Below the pieces are notes generated by a model. It was given only the letters and a program-made list of their open reading frames with translations. It did not search any database and was not told where the DNA came from. Positions 27,863-38,270 of a DNA stretch of 64,000 nucleotides are shown one piece after another; positions within the stretch are counted from its first letter, which is position 1; each line of letters starts with the position of its first letter. A program made the translations under genes and the position numbers. Source of the stretch: Escherichia coli (GTDB lineage Bacteria; Pseudomonadota; Gammaproteobacteria; Enterobacterales; Enterobacteriaceae); assembly GCF_009931435.1 (NCBI RefSeq), contig NZ_CP043414.1; one strand, written 5' to 3'.

Positions 27863-28710
27863 GGCTCTTCCGCAACCTAGGTGGAGATTTTCATGCCAGT
27901 GGACTCATTACCCTCTGCCTAAGTAGTTCAAATCCGGCTCGACCATACATCAGACGTTTCAGCATCTTCAGGCGATTTACATGACCTTCGACAACACCGT
28001 TACTCCAGCGGCTGCTGGTTGCCTCACATATAGCCGCGGCATCAGCTTCCATCCCCGCAGCCACGCGCCGAAGTTCTGCTGAACCGTTTTCGTGGACTCG
28101 AGTGAACCAACTGCTTAGATTTGATTTATTTGGGGTTTTCAGAATACGGTAGAACTCAAGTACTAGTTGCTGCGCTATTTTCAGCGCCGGTTCTTTTTCA
28201 CACATCAGACTAATAAATCGGGAAGCATAATTTTCTTCACCCCTGATTATTATCCAGGGCATCAACCAGCGGCTTACCCGGGACACTGAAGGAAGTCTGG
28301 CGGCAGTAGTAACTGGTGGGTTCCAGCCTTTACGCCATTTGGCAACAGCATCCCTGACGATGGTTTCACTGCCTGTAACCCCCGGGCCACCATTTCCCGC
28401 CATATCCAGTCGCTGGTGTGCTGAATTGGTCATGTATGAAGGAAGATATCAATGGTGGTATCTCCCTTTCAAAAGGAAGTGAAAAGCTTGATGCCTGCTG
28501 CCAGGCAATCAATATTACGTGCTTTTAACGACTATCCTAAATGGTGGTAGCTATGCAGAGCTCCCGGTCCTAGCGCTGGGAGCTTATCGCTTATCTTTAC
28601 CGTAAGCGTAAACGGACCGCCGTATGTAGCCATTAAACCAGTATTGGTAACGTAGATACCCACCTTTTCAAAAGGGAAGTGGATAAAAGATAGCGAAAAT
28701 GCGAAGAGTT
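27863..28710 (-). mobile_element. internally deleted ISL3-family element (remnant)
   Basis: GGCTCTTCCGCA-type terminal repeat at 27863 and an inverted ...GCGAAGAGTT end near 28710. It encloses only the C-terminal part of a transposase gene. Boundaries are approximate. Confidence 0.5.
27891..28433 (-). pseudogene. ISL3-family transposase, C-terminal fragment
   Basis: 180 aa ending ...SSRWSNGVVEGHVNRLKMLKRLMYGRAGFELLRQRVM, the conserved ISL3 transposase C-terminus. The N-terminal half is missing. Confidence 0.75.
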
Positions 28711-29012
28711 GATTAATGCATTGAAACAAAATTCATTAATGATGAACTTGGAGAAAAGCTCCATCGTTTTATTGGCTCAAAAAACATATCCCATAGATGA
28801 TCAGCCATACCTTCATTGGTTAGCAAGGTATCCTGTGAGTAGCCATGGCTGAAGATGCCCATTGATGGGCGAAAACCAAGGATCTGACCGTTAGAGCAGT
28901 TATGTCGTTAAACACATCACCACCATATGCCATCCGGCTCACTTCGTCGGCCAAATTAGTGTGATATTCTTTCCAGAAATGCTGTTGTATCCACGACATA
29001 AGGCGATGATTG

Positions 29013-32000
29013 ATGGAGCAGTCTCTCAATTTTGAAATGTTGCGCAGCCAGTGGCCGGAACTGGCTGAACTCGCGTGTATGGCGGAACGCTATGTTCACT
29101 CCGATCCGGAAAGTTGTCTGGTCAAGCTGCGCAACTACACTGAATTGATGGTGCGCTGGTTGTATCGTCAGGAGCGGTTGCCGGAAGGTATTAAGGCTAA
29201 TCTTTACGATTTAATGAATGCTGATGTCTTTACCAGCATGATGCCGGAAGCCATCATCATGAAAATGGATGCGCTGCGTATCCATGGCAACCGTGCCGCG
29301 CACGGCGGACGTATCAAAGCTAAAGATACTTACTGGCTGCTCAAAGAAGCGTATTTGTTGGGAATTTGGCTGTATGTTCGCTACGCCCACGGTAATGTTG
29401 ATGACTGCCCCAAATTTACACTCCCTCCATTAACACAATCTTCAGGTCGTGCAGATGAAAAACGTCTGGAAGATGCAATCAGGGCTCAGGATGAAAGCCG
29501 TGAGCGCGAACTGGCGCTGCAACGCGCACTACAGCAAGAACAGGAAAAGGCCGAACACCTCACTCAACGCCTGAATGAAGCCAGAGCGCGTAACCAGCAT
29601 GTTGCCGATATTCTCTCTATTGATGAAGCGGAAACCCGCCGTCGCCTGATTGACTCTCGCCTGCTTGCTGCTGACTGGAATGTAGGCGAAGGCCTTAAAA
29701 ATACCGATCAGGTTACGCAGGAACATCCCGTTAAAGAACAACCTACCGCGACCGGAGACGGTTATGCGGACTATGTCTTGTGGGATGAGGCACACAAACC
29801 GCTGGCGGTGGTGGAAGCAAAAAAAACCAGCGTCAATGCCGAGCAAGGACGAATTCAGGCCCGGCTGTATGCAGACTGGCTGGAAAAAGAATACGGCCAG
29901 CGTCCGATCATCTTCTACACCAACGGCTATGATATCTGGCTGTGGGATGACCATAAAACTCATGGTTATCCCCCGCGTCGGGTGTTTGGCTTCTACAGCA
30001 AGGAAAGCCTGCAATATCTTATTCAACAGCGTGAAACCCGTCTTCCGCTGAACAGTGTGCCGTACGTAAAAGATAACGAAGGTAAGGCCGTTGCCGGACG
30101 TTTGTACCAGCTTGAAACCATTGCCCGTGTCAGCGAGCGGTTTACCAACAAATACCGGCAATCGCTAATTGTTCAGGCTACGGGTACAGGCAAAACCCGC
30201 GTGGCAATAGCGCTAAGCAAACTGATGATTGATGCCCGCTGGGTAAAACGCGTCCTGTTTCTTTGCGACCGCAAGGAACTACGTAAACAGGCGGCGAATG
30301 CCTTTAATCAATTCACCAATGAGCCGCTGTATGTGGTCGGGAAATCGAAAAAAGCAGACAGGCAGAATGCTAGGATCTACATCGCCACCTATCCTGGTAT
30401 GATGAAAATCATGGACCATTTCGATGTTGGTTATTTCGATTTGATCATCGCCGATGAATCCCATCGCTCTATCTACAACGTTTACGGCGATCTGTTTAAG
30501 TATTTTGATGCCCTCCAGATTGGCCTGACGGCCACGCCGATTGACATGGTGAGTAAAACCACTTTCGGCCTGTTTGGTTGTGAAGGACGTATTCCTACCG
30601 CCAACTACAGCCTGGAAGATGCCATCGCCGATAACAATCTGGTTCCCTATGAGGTTGTCACGCACACCACAGAATTCCTGCGCGAAGGCATCAAACGGGA
30701 GAAATTAAGCGACGCACAAATCCGCGAGCTGGAAGAACAAGGCATAGATCCCAATACGCTGGAGTTTGATGGCAAGGCGCTGGATGAGGCGATCTACAAC
30801 AAAGACACCAACCGCTATATCCTGCGTAACCTGATGGAAAATGGCCTGAAAGATCGGGACGGCCAGTTGCCAGGTAAAACCATCATTTTCGCCCGTAACC
30901 ACAAACACGCGCTGCTGTTGAATGAATTATTCGACGATATGTACCCGCAGTTTGCCGGGCGCTTCTGCCAGGTCATCGACAATTACGATCCCCGCGCCGA
31001 GCAACTGATTGATGATTTTAAAGGGCTGGATGAAAGCACCAACAAAGAGCTGACCATCGCTATCTCCGTTGACATGCTCGATACCGGTATTGATGTCCCG
31101 GAAATTGTGAATCTGGTCTTTGCCAAACCGGTCAAATCAAAAGTGAAGTTCTGGCAGATGATTGGCCGTGGTACGCGCCTCTGTCCGGGGTTGTACGGTT
31201 ACGACGATAACGGCAAACCTCTGGATAAACAGAAATTCCGCATTTTCGATCACTGGGGCAATTTTGAGTATCACGAACTGCATACCGAAGAGGCCGAAGT
31301 CACAGCGACAAAATCGCTTGCACAAAAACGCTTCGAAGCGTGGGTTATGCTGGGGGCCGCTGCGCAACGTAAATTCGACAAACAGGCGGTGGATTTAGTT
31401 GCTCACCAGCTACGCGAGCAAATCAATGCACTGGATGAAAAGTCGATTGCCGTCCAGGAAAAGTGGCATCAAAAAGCGCAGTACAGCGATGAAAAAGTGC
31501 TGCGCCAGCTTTCCCCGAAAACACAGCAGGATTTGCTATCTGTCCTGGCCCCGCTGATGCAGTGGCTGGACGTGCGCGGGCAAAGCGACGCTATGCGCTT
31601 TGATATGGATATTCTGGCGGCGCAAACTGCCCGTTATACCAACCCGGAAGAGCTGGATGTGCTCTGGCCGGTCATCGTCGAAAAAGTGGAGCGCCTGCCG
31701 CCGCATTTGGCGCAAGTCCAACAGCAAGGACCGCGGATCAATCAGCTTCGTGATTTAGGCTGGTGGAAGCAGGCCAGCCTGGAAGAGCTGGAAGATATCC
31801 GCATTCATCTGCGCGGCATCATGCACCTGATGGAAAAAGACGCGACGCCGAAATTTGGTTCGATACAGGTGGATATTACCGAAGATGCGAACCTGATTCA
31901 GACGGAAAACCGCAAAACCAACATCCGCTCGATTGACTTCAAACTCTATCGCCAGCAGGTGCAGGGAGCGCTGGAGCCGCTGTTCCAGCAAAATCCGGTG

Positions 32001-32426
32001 CTGAAGAAAATCCGCAACGGCGAGCCTGTGACGCAAAGCGAGCTGGATGAACTGGCTAAACTGGTGCTGATCCAGAACCCTAACGTTGATATCCGGGCAC
32101 TGAAAGAGTTCTACCCGCAGGCGACCGCCAGCCTGGATAAACTATTGCGTACCATCATCGGGATGGACAGCGACGCGGTGGAAGTGCGCTTTGCTCAGTT
32201 CGCCGCTGATAACAGCCTGACCAGCCAGCAATTGCGCTTCCTGTCATTGCTGAAAAACCACATTCGCGATTACGGCACCATTGAAATGCGGCAGCTCTTT
32301 GAACAGCCTTTTACGCATATCCACAACGAAGGCGTTACCGGTGTGTTCCCTGATATAGAGCAGATCGCCCGCCTACAAAAGATAGTCGAAGAGCTGGGTG
32401 TTGTGACCGACGCAGCAACGGTATAA
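29013..32426 (+). CDS. hsdR: type I restriction enzyme R subunit (HsdR) with a DUF4145-like N-terminal domain
   Basis: ATG at 29013 (the ORF track starts at TTG 29010). PD-(D/E)xK GYADYVLWDE...VVEAKK. SF2 helicase motifs QATGTGKT and DESH. EcoEI-type C-terminal domain. Confidence 0.9.
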   Translation: MEQSLNFEMLRSQWPELAELACMAERYVHSDPESCLVKLRNYTELMVRWLYRQERLPEGIKANLYDLMNADVFTSMMPEAIIMKMDALRIHGNRAAHGGRIKAKDTYWLLKEAYLLGIWLYVRYAHGNVDDCPKFTLPPLTQSSGRADEKRLEDAIRAQDESRERELALQRALQQEQEKAEHLTQRLNEARARNQHVADILSIDEAETRRRLIDSRLLAADWNVGEGLKNTDQVTQEHPVKEQPTATGDGYADYVLWDEAHKPLAVVEAKKTSVNAEQGRIQARLYADWLEKEYGQRPIIFYTNGYDIWLWDDHKTHGYPPRRVFGFYSKESLQYLIQQRETRLPLNSVPYVKDNEGKAVAGRLYQLETIARVSERFTNKYRQSLIVQATGTGKTRVAIALSKLMIDARWVKRVLFLCDRKELRKQAANAFNQFTNEPLYVVGKSKKADRQNARIYIATYPGMMKIMDHFDVGYFDLIIADESHRSIYNVYGDLFKYFDALQIGLTATPIDMVSKTTFGLFGCEGRIPTANYSLEDAIADNNLVPYEVVTHTTEFLREGIKREKLSDAQIRELEEQGIDPNTLEFDGKALDEAIYNKDTNRYILRNLMENGLKDRDGQLPGKTIIFARNHKHALLLNELFDDMYPQFAGRFCQVIDNYDPRAEQLIDDFKGLDESTNKELTIAISVDMLDTGIDVPEIVNLVFAKPVKSKVKFWQMIGRGTRLCPGLYGYDDNGKPLDKQKFRIFDHWGNFEYHELHTEEAEVTATKSLAQKRFEAWVMLGAAAQRKFDKQAVDLVAHQLREQINALDEKSIAVQEKWHQKAQYSDEKVLRQLSPKTQQDLLSVLAPLMQWLDVRGQSDAMRFDMDILAAQTARYTNPEELDVLWPVIVEKVERLPPHLAQVQQQGPRINQLRDLGWWKQASLEELEDIRIHLRGIMHLMEKDATPKFGSIQVDITEDANLIQTENRKTNIRSIDFKLYRQQVQGALEPLFQQNPVLKKIRNGEPVTQSELDELAKLVLIQNPNVDIRALKEFYPQATASLDKLLRTIIGMDSDAVEVRFAQFAADNSLTSQQLRFLSLLKNHIRDYGTIEMRQLFEQPFTHIHNEGVTGVFPDIEQIARLQKIVEELGVVTDAATV

Positions 32427-32438
32427 TACGCACATGAC

Positions 32439-32465
32439 AAGCCCCGGCAGCGGGGCTTTTGTATT
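32439..32465 (+). terminator. rho-independent terminator after hsdR
   Basis: aaGCCCCGgcagCGGGGCtttt: GC-rich 6-8 bp stem, 4-nt loop and a T-run, 13 bp after the hsdR stop. Confidence 0.7.
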
Positions 32466-32489
32466 TAAAACAGGATATAAAAGCTAACA

Positions 32490-34124
32490 ATGATCACTGG
32501 TGACTTAAAAAGTAAAATCGACGGCCTGTGGGAAGATTTCTGGGTGGGTGGTATCACCAACCCGCTGACCGTAATCGAACAGATCACCTATCTAATGTAT
32601 TCCCGGATGCTGGATACTCAGGAACAACGCGACGAGAAGCGTAAACAAATCGCGGGTATTGATTTTAAACCGCGTTTTGCACCAGAACAGCAGGAGTTCC
32701 GTTTCAGTCACTATAGCAATCTTGGCTCGGATGAGATGATGGAAGTGGTGCGCGATGGTGTATTCCAGCATTTTCGTCAGCTCGGCCAGGCTGATGCGTC
32801 GAAGGTAACGCTGCTGGGCAACTTTATGAAAGATGCCCGTCTGGAGATTGTTAAGCCTTCATTGCTGACCAAAGCGGTTGAGGTGATCAAAAACCTGCCA
32901 TTGGATCGCGGCGACACCAAAGGCGACCTTTACGAATACCTGTTAAGCAAGCTGACCACTGCCGGAATCAACGGCCAGTTTCGCACACCGCGCCACATTA
33001 TCCGCACGATGGTTGAAATGATGGAGCCGAACCCCGCCCGCGGCGAGACGATTTGCGATCCGGCCTGCGGCACCGGTGGCTTTCTGGCAACCAGCTATGA
33101 ATATCTACTGGAGAAGTACAGCTCGCTGGAATCCATTCATACCGAGATTGGCACCAACGAACGTGGTGAGCTGGAAGAGCAAAAAATCTTTACCGGCGAT
33201 CTGTTGACCCCGTGGCGTAACCATGTGGATAACAATATGTTCCACGGTTACGACTTTGACACCACAATGTTACGTATCGCCGCCATGAACCTGATTATGC
33301 ACGGCGTGGAAGCGCCGGATATCCACTATCAGGACACCATGAGCCAGAGCTTCAGCACAAACTTCCCGCAGGCCAGTAAAAACGCTTTCAACCTGATTCT
33401 GGCAAACCCGCCGTTTACCGGTTCACTGGACGAAGAAGATATCGACTCCACGCTGTCGGCAATGGTGAAAACCAAAAAAACCGAACTACTGTTCCTGGCG
33501 CGTATTCTGCAAATGCTGAAAGTGGGCGGGCGCAGTGCCACTATCGTGCCGCAGGGCGTGCTGTTTGGCTCCAGTAAGGCGCACCAGTCACTTCGCAAAA
33601 CGCTGGTGGAAGATAACCAACTGGAAGCGGTGATCAACCTGCCTTCCGGCGTATTTAAACCTTACGCTGGCGTGGCGACGGCGATCCTGATCTTTACCAA
33701 AGGCGGTCAGACGGACGAGGTCTGGTTCTACGATCTGCAAAATGATGGCTACAGCCTGGATGACAAGCGTAACCCAATTAAAGACAACGACCTGCCGCAT
33801 CTGCTGGCAAGCTGGAAGCATTACCGTACTTTACGCGGGCTGCCGGTTGATAACTTTATGGGTGAGAAATTAGCCTCGTTGCTTAAACAGCAGCACCCGG
33901 AAGGGATTGATGTTGGCGTTGATTTTAAAGATCGCACGCAGGCGGCGTTTGTAGTTCCAAAAGAAGATATTGCTGCGCAGAAATACGATCTCTCTATTAA
34001 TCGTTATAACGAAGTGGTGTATCAGGCGGAGGAGTATGAAGATCCGAAGGTGATACTGAAACGATTAAAAGATCTGGAAAAAGAGATTCTGGCGGATCTG
34101 GATGAGCTGGAGGGGATGCTGTGA
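32490..34124 (+). CDS. hsdM: type I R-M N6-adenine DNA methyltransferase (HsdM)
   Basis: 544 aa. AdoMet motif DPACGTGGF and catalytic NPPF ([10 protein letters not shown]). Confidence 0.9.
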   Translation: MITGDLKSKIDGLWEDFWVGGITNPLTVIEQITYLMYSRMLDTQEQRDEKRKQIAGIDFKPRFAPEQQEFRFSHYSNLGSDEMMEVVRDGVFQHFRQLGQADASKVTLLGNFMKDARLEIVKPSLLTKAVEVIKNLPLDRGDTKGDLYEYLLSKLTTAGINGQFRTPRHIIRTMVEMMEPNPARGETICDPACGTGGFLATSYEYLLEKYSSLESIHTEIGTNERGELEEQKIFTGDLLTPWRNHVDNNMFHGYDFDTTMLRIAAMNLIMHGVEAPDIHYQDTMSQSFSTNFPQASKNAFNLILANPPFTGSLDEEDIDSTLSAMVKTKKTELLFLARILQMLKVGGRSATIVPQGVLFGSSKAHQSLRKTLVEDNQLEAVINLPSGVFKPYAGVATAILIFTKGGQTDEVWFYDLQNDGYSLDDKRNPIKDNDLPHLLASWKHYRTLRGLPVDNFMGEKLASLLKQQHPEGIDVGVDFKDRTQAAFVVPKEDIAAQKYDLSINRYNEVVYQAEEYEDPKVILKRLKDLEKEILADLDELEGML

Positions 34125-35287
34125 GTTGTCGTTATTTAAAAATTGAGGATTTTTGTAGCACCGGTAGCGGTGGAACACCCAGTAGGTCAAAGCCTGAGTA
34201 TTATGAGGGGGGAGATATCCCTTGGATTAAATCAGGAGACCTTAAAGATTCAAAAATTTATGAAGCAAATGAGTACATTACAGCCGCAGGGCTAGAAAAT
34301 AGCAGCGCGAAAATAGTTGAGAAAGACTCAATCTTAATAGCAATGTATGGAGCCACTGTTGGTCGCTTAGCAATTTTAGGAATTAATGCAGCCACGAATC
34401 AAGCTATTTGCAATATCAGGCCAGATACGACAATTGCTGATATGAAGTATCTCTATTACTTCTTGAAGAGCAAGTTCAGCTATTTTGTCGAAAATGCGGT
34501 TGGTGGGGCTCAACCTAATATTAGCCAAGGATTGATTAAGTCATTAGAAGTTCCCCTACCTTCTTTAGATGAACAAAAGCGTATCGCAGATATTCTTGAT
34601 AAAGCTGCTGGTGTATGCCAAAAACGCGAGCAAGCTATCAAACTGGCTGATGATTTTTTGCGGGCTAAGTTTCTAGAGATGTTTGGAACTCCTGCAAACA
34701 ACATACATCGTTTCCCGAAAGGAACGATTCGCGACTTGGTTGATTCAGTAAATTATGGAACTTCAGCAAAAGCCTCTATTGATTCTGGTGAATATCCTAT
34801 ATTACGGATGGGTAATATAACATATCAAGGTAGGTGGGATTTTACAGATTTAAAATATATTGATCTCAGTGTAAAAGAAAAGGATAAATATTTGGTTAAA
34901 GAAGGCGATCTTCTTTTCAATCGTACTAACAGTAAGGAACTTGTTGGTAAAACAGCTGTGTATGAAGAAGACAGGCCTATGGCATTTGCTGGATATTTAA
35001 TCCGCGTTAGACCTAATTCTATCGGAAATAACTACTATATTTCAGGGTATCTTAATTCCATCCATGGCAAAATCACATTGATGAATATGTGTAAAAGTAT
35101 TGTTGGCATGGCTAATATTAATGCACAGGAATTGCAGAATATAGAGATATTAATCCCACCTAAGCATCTACAAGATGAGTATGAGATTATTTATAAAAAA
35201 ATAAAAAAAGGACTAAGCATTTATGATAAAAGCGCAATGCAACTTCAACTTTTAGCATCAAACCTATCGAATAAATATTTCATGTAA
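34121..35287 (+). CDS. hsdS: type I R-M specificity subunit (HsdS), two target-recognition domains
   Basis: 388 aa. GTG start overlapping the hsdM stop (GTGA). Conserved central and C-terminal helices (LPSLDEQKRIADILD..., IPPKHLQDEY). Much more AT-rich than hsdR and hsdM. Confidence 0.85.
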   Translation: MSCRYLKIEDFCSTGSGGTPSRSKPEYYEGGDIPWIKSGDLKDSKIYEANEYITAAGLENSSAKIVEKDSILIAMYGATVGRLAILGINAATNQAICNIRPDTTIADMKYLYYFLKSKFSYFVENAVGGAQPNISQGLIKSLEVPLPSLDEQKRIADILDKAAGVCQKREQAIKLADDFLRAKFLEMFGTPANNIHRFPKGTIRDLVDSVNYGTSAKASIDSGEYPILRMGNITYQGRWDFTDLKYIDLSVKEKDKYLVKEGDLLFNRTNSKELVGKTAVYEEDRPMAFAGYLIRVRPNSIGNNYYISGYLNSIHGKITLMNMCKSIVGMANINAQELQNIEILIPPKHLQDEYEIIYKKIKKGLSIYDKSAMQLQLLASNLSNKYFM

Positions 35288-35295
35288 GGTTCATT

Positions 35296-36918
35296 ATGAA
35301 ATTAACTAAACTTGTACTTGAAAATTTCAGATCTGTTAGAGAGCGGCAGGAAATTGATTTTGCACCTGTAACATTACTATTGGGGCCAAACAGCGCGGGC
35401 AAGACTACTATTTTAATTGCATTATTTTATCTTCAACAAATATTAGACCGTGAGCAGTGTGATCCTATATATTTAGAAGCTATGGGGAACAGGCGCATAG
35501 ATGGATTTAGATCTCTAGTCCATAATGGGGATCTGAATAATGTAATTACTATTGGTATCGGTTTCGATCCTGAACAAACAATAGGTGTAGAATATAAAAC
35601 ATATTTAGAAGAACTTGGTGATATTTTCGATATTCATTTTATAAAAATGAAAGACATTGCAGATGAAACTGAAAAGGTTTATGTAGAATTTAAAATCGCA
35701 TGGTCACAATTGCACAGAGCAGCATATATAAAGAACTATGCTGTTTCTATAAATAATGAATTTATTGGAGAGCTAAGTAATGATGAGTATACTAAATCAT
35801 CTTTAGTAAATAGATTGAACTTTACTCATCCGTTGCTTCTTCCTATTGATTATAATTTATGGCTTGAATCTATTGATAAGGAAGGATTAGATACGATTGC
35901 CAGTGAATTTGAAATATCTTTAAATGACTTAATTCCTGGCTTAGAACGTAATAAAAGTGGTGCAACAGAGCGAGTAAAAACTGTTGATTATATATTTGAA
36001 GAAGATAAAGAAAAACCAATGTTTCCTGTTTTTTTAAAGACGAAAATTGGTGCGTTACCTCAACTGGGAAGAACTGTTGATACAAATTTGAAAGTTTTTG
36101 ATATATCCGAGCCAGTTGAGTATTTTAATCGAGATATAATCACCAGAGTGCTAACGCAAGTTTTTACTTCTCCGTTAGATAAATTAAATAATTATTTAAA
36201 GGCTAGCGTATCTATTGGACCGTTAAGAATTATACCTGATTCTTCATTTACGCCAAATCCTTATCCAGAACAAAATGGATGGTTTGATGGTACATCAGCA
36301 TGGGATAAGCTGTGTTTATCTCAACAAAATGATAGTGATTTGATTAAAAAAGTAAGTGATTGGTTTTCCAATAGAGATAAACTAAACACTAATTATAATA
36401 TATTTAGTGGAGGAGAATTTGATATAAAAACCTCCCCTCAACTTTTAGGTCTGAAAGATAATGTTTACTTCTGTAAAATAGATTCAAGCCAAATGTTATT
36501 TCCAAATCAAGTCGGTGTCGGATTAACTCAGATAGCACCTCTTATTATTGCAGCCAATATAGTTCAGGATGGATTAATTGCTATAGAGCAGCCTGAGCTA
36601 CATATTCATCCCGCTTTACAACTCGCTGTAGGTGATCTGTTTACCCAATATCCCCTTGATGTTAAAAGACCTATGTTTTTAGTCGAAACACATAGTGAGC
36701 ACATTTTGCTTCGAATTTTAAAAAGAATTAGACAAACAACGGACAATGAATTACCTGAATCAAATTACCCAGTAAAACCTGATTTTATATCAGTGATCGT
36801 TTTCGAGGATAATAATGGTTCGACTGTTACTAGGAAAATAGATATTACTGATGATGGTGACTTCAAACAAAAATGGCCCAAAGGTTTCTTCGAAGAAAGA
36901 AGGGGAGAGCTTTTTTAA
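35296..36918 (+). CDS. ABC/AAA_15-21-type ATPase (OLD/PtuA/AriA-like nucleotide-binding architecture)
   Basis: 540 aa, starting 8 bp after hsdS. Walker A GPNSAGKTT, Walker B/D-loop IAIEQPELHIHP, H-loop ETHSEHIL, with a long insertion between the Walker motifs. C-terminal KWPKGFFEERRGELF. Confidence 0.75.
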   Translation: MKLTKLVLENFRSVRERQEIDFAPVTLLLGPNSAGKTTILIALFYLQQILDREQCDPIYLEAMGNRRIDGFRSLVHNGDLNNVITIGIGFDPEQTIGVEYKTYLEELGDIFDIHFIKMKDIADETEKVYVEFKIAWSQLHRAAYIKNYAVSINNEFIGELSNDEYTKSSLVNRLNFTHPLLLPIDYNLWLESIDKEGLDTIASEFEISLNDLIPGLERNKSGATERVKTVDYIFEEDKEKPMFPVFLKTKIGALPQLGRTVDTNLKVFDISEPVEYFNRDIITRVLTQVFTSPLDKLNNYLKASVSIGPLRIIPDSSFTPNPYPEQNGWFDGTSAWDKLCLSQQNDSDLIKKVSDWFSNRDKLNTNYNIFSGGEFDIKTSPQLLGLKDNVYFCKIDSSQMLFPNQVGVGLTQIAPLIIAANIVQDGLIAIEQPELHIHPALQLAVGDLFTQYPLDVKRPMFLVETHSEHILLRILKRIRQTTDNELPESNYPVKPDFISVIVFEDNNGSTVTRKIDITDDGDFKQKWPKGFFEERRGELF

Positions 36919-37814
36919 TGTTCTACGAATGCGCCATTTCACCAGAGGCTTTGTTTGAGATCGCAATTGATCGGAGAAATTATCGTGACTTCATAAAAGG
37001 ATTTTCTACGGGCGGTAACTTTCTCTATAGTGAATTACCAAAGCTGAAGAGAAATAAAAAACAATTGCTTGGGCTATTAAATGCTAATCATAGTGAACTT
37101 CAAAAAAAACGATTAGAGGACCTTATTATTTTTTTGAAAAATAATAAGGTTAGTAGGGTTTATGATTATGTTGGTGACATGTCATGGTCAGATAACATCT
37201 CTGCTGTAAATCGAATTGAACAATTTGATCATGTAGTGAGTTCTACTCCTTGTGATAACCTTGATGTAACTAATATAGATGATTTCTTTGGGTTAAATTA
37301 TGCTCGGCAAAAAATTGTTGCTAGAATTGCTGAGGATATGATATCTATAATCTCACGCTTATTAAAAACATCAGAGCATATTATTATAGTTGACCCATAC
37401 TTTAGTGACAAACAAAGATGGTGGAATGTATTTATTTCATTACTTAGCGTTAGTGCTAATAACTCTTATAAAAAAAATTTAAAGATAGATGTTATATTTG
37501 ATGGGAGTAAAGAAAACTCCCCAACGGTGAATTATTTGGCTAATAAGTTGAACCGCGAAAACCTTGTCTTTCCAGACGATTTTAAATTATCAGTAACATT
37601 TAAGTCTTTAACTTCTCGCGAGGGTAATGAACGTCTGCATAATAGATATGTTCTTTCTAATGTTGCTGGAGTTTGTTTCATGCATGGTTTAGATGAGGGA
37701 GAAGGAACGGATGATGTCTCAATTTTGTCGAAAGAGGGATATAATAAAAGATGGGAACATTACACTACGAATAATGTTTTTGATTTAATAGAAGAGCGTG
37801 AAGTTATATGTTAA
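36918..37814 (+). CDS. hypothetical partner of the ATPase (possible PLD-fold-like C-terminal module)
   Basis: ATG at 36918 overlaps the ATPase stop (TAATG). 298 aa. C-terminal pattern IIIVDPYF ... LHNRYVLSN..G..FMHGLDEG. No Toprim, HNH or HEPN motif seen. Confidence 0.55.
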   Translation: MFYECAISPEALFEIAIDRRNYRDFIKGFSTGGNFLYSELPKLKRNKKQLLGLLNANHSELQKKRLEDLIIFLKNNKVSRVYDYVGDMSWSDNISAVNRIEQFDHVVSSTPCDNLDVTNIDDFFGLNYARQKIVARIAEDMISIISRLLKTSEHIIIVDPYFSDKQRWWNVFISLLSVSANNSYKKNLKIDVIFDGSKENSPTVNYLANKLNRENLVFPDDFKLSVTFKSLTSREGNERLHNRYVLSNVAGVCFMHGLDEGEGTDDVSILSKEGYNKRWEHYTTNNVFDLIEEREVIC

Positions 37815-37913
37815 GTATTTCCCTTACTGTTTTCAATTAAATCCTACAAACTTATTAGGACCCTTTAAAATTTATTCAACACGCCAATAAAAAATCTAAT
37901 TCTATTAATCTTG

Positions 37914-37940
37914 ACCTGGTCTATCAAAATGATAGACCAG
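37914..37940 (+). terminator. perfect 12-bp hairpin downstream of the operon (possible terminator)
   Basis: CCTGGTCTATCA-aaa-TGATAGACCAGG about 100 bp after the last gene. Only a weak T-rich tail follows. Confidence 0.4.
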
Positions 37941-38036
37941 GCTTCTGTTATCTACATTACTTCTAGTGAAATAGCCAACCAATCGTCCCTATAAGGCAGG
38001 TTAAATAGTTTTAATTTAGCAAATTTGATAAACAAC

Positions 38037-38270
38037 TCACTCGCCATTACCCCGATTGATCTTCGCATAGTCAAACGGCGTAATCGCTCTCTCCCGATTG
38101 GCATCCAGAAAATCTGCCCACCACTGCAGCATCAGCTTGCGCTCATCCAGATGCTCCGCTTTATGGATATACGCTGCCTGCACTGAGTTACGTCCATGTG
38201 GCTCATCTGACGTTCAGCCGCTTTATCTCGTGCTGTTCTGGTCTCAATACTTCCATGCCGTTGCAATTAC
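38037..38270 (-). pseudogene. P4/CP4-type tyrosine integrase, C-terminal remnant with a frameshift
   Basis: The minus strand reads ...DEPHGRNSVQAAYIHKAEHLDERKLMLQWWADFLDANRERAITPFDYAKINRGNGE then stop (38037-38039). AERQMSH lies in another frame upstream. The rest of the gene is absent. Confidence 0.7.

Noticed and set aside
28451-28690. Two copies of a roughly 25-nt TTTCAAAAGG(G)AAGTG motif about 210 bp apart, considered as a regulatory direct repeat or a miniature array.
   Set aside because: They lie inside the decayed ISL3-family element, next to its terminal repeat. They are most simply subterminal IS repeats left by an internal deletion.
28820-29029. 69-aa minus-strand ORF overlapping the hsdR start.
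   Set aside because: There is no recognisable family and it overlaps the hsdR initiation region. It is probably non-coding promoter DNA or debris next to the IS remnant.
29529-30161. 210-aa minus-strand ORF inside hsdR.
   Set aside because: It lies within, and antisense to, the helicase region of hsdR. No supporting features.
36873-36917. Longer 313-aa version of the ATPase partner, starting at 36873 inside the ATPase gene.
   Set aside because: The ATG at 36918 overlaps the upstream stop (TAATG), a typical coupling signal. The 15-codon extension lies wholly within the ATPase coding sequence.
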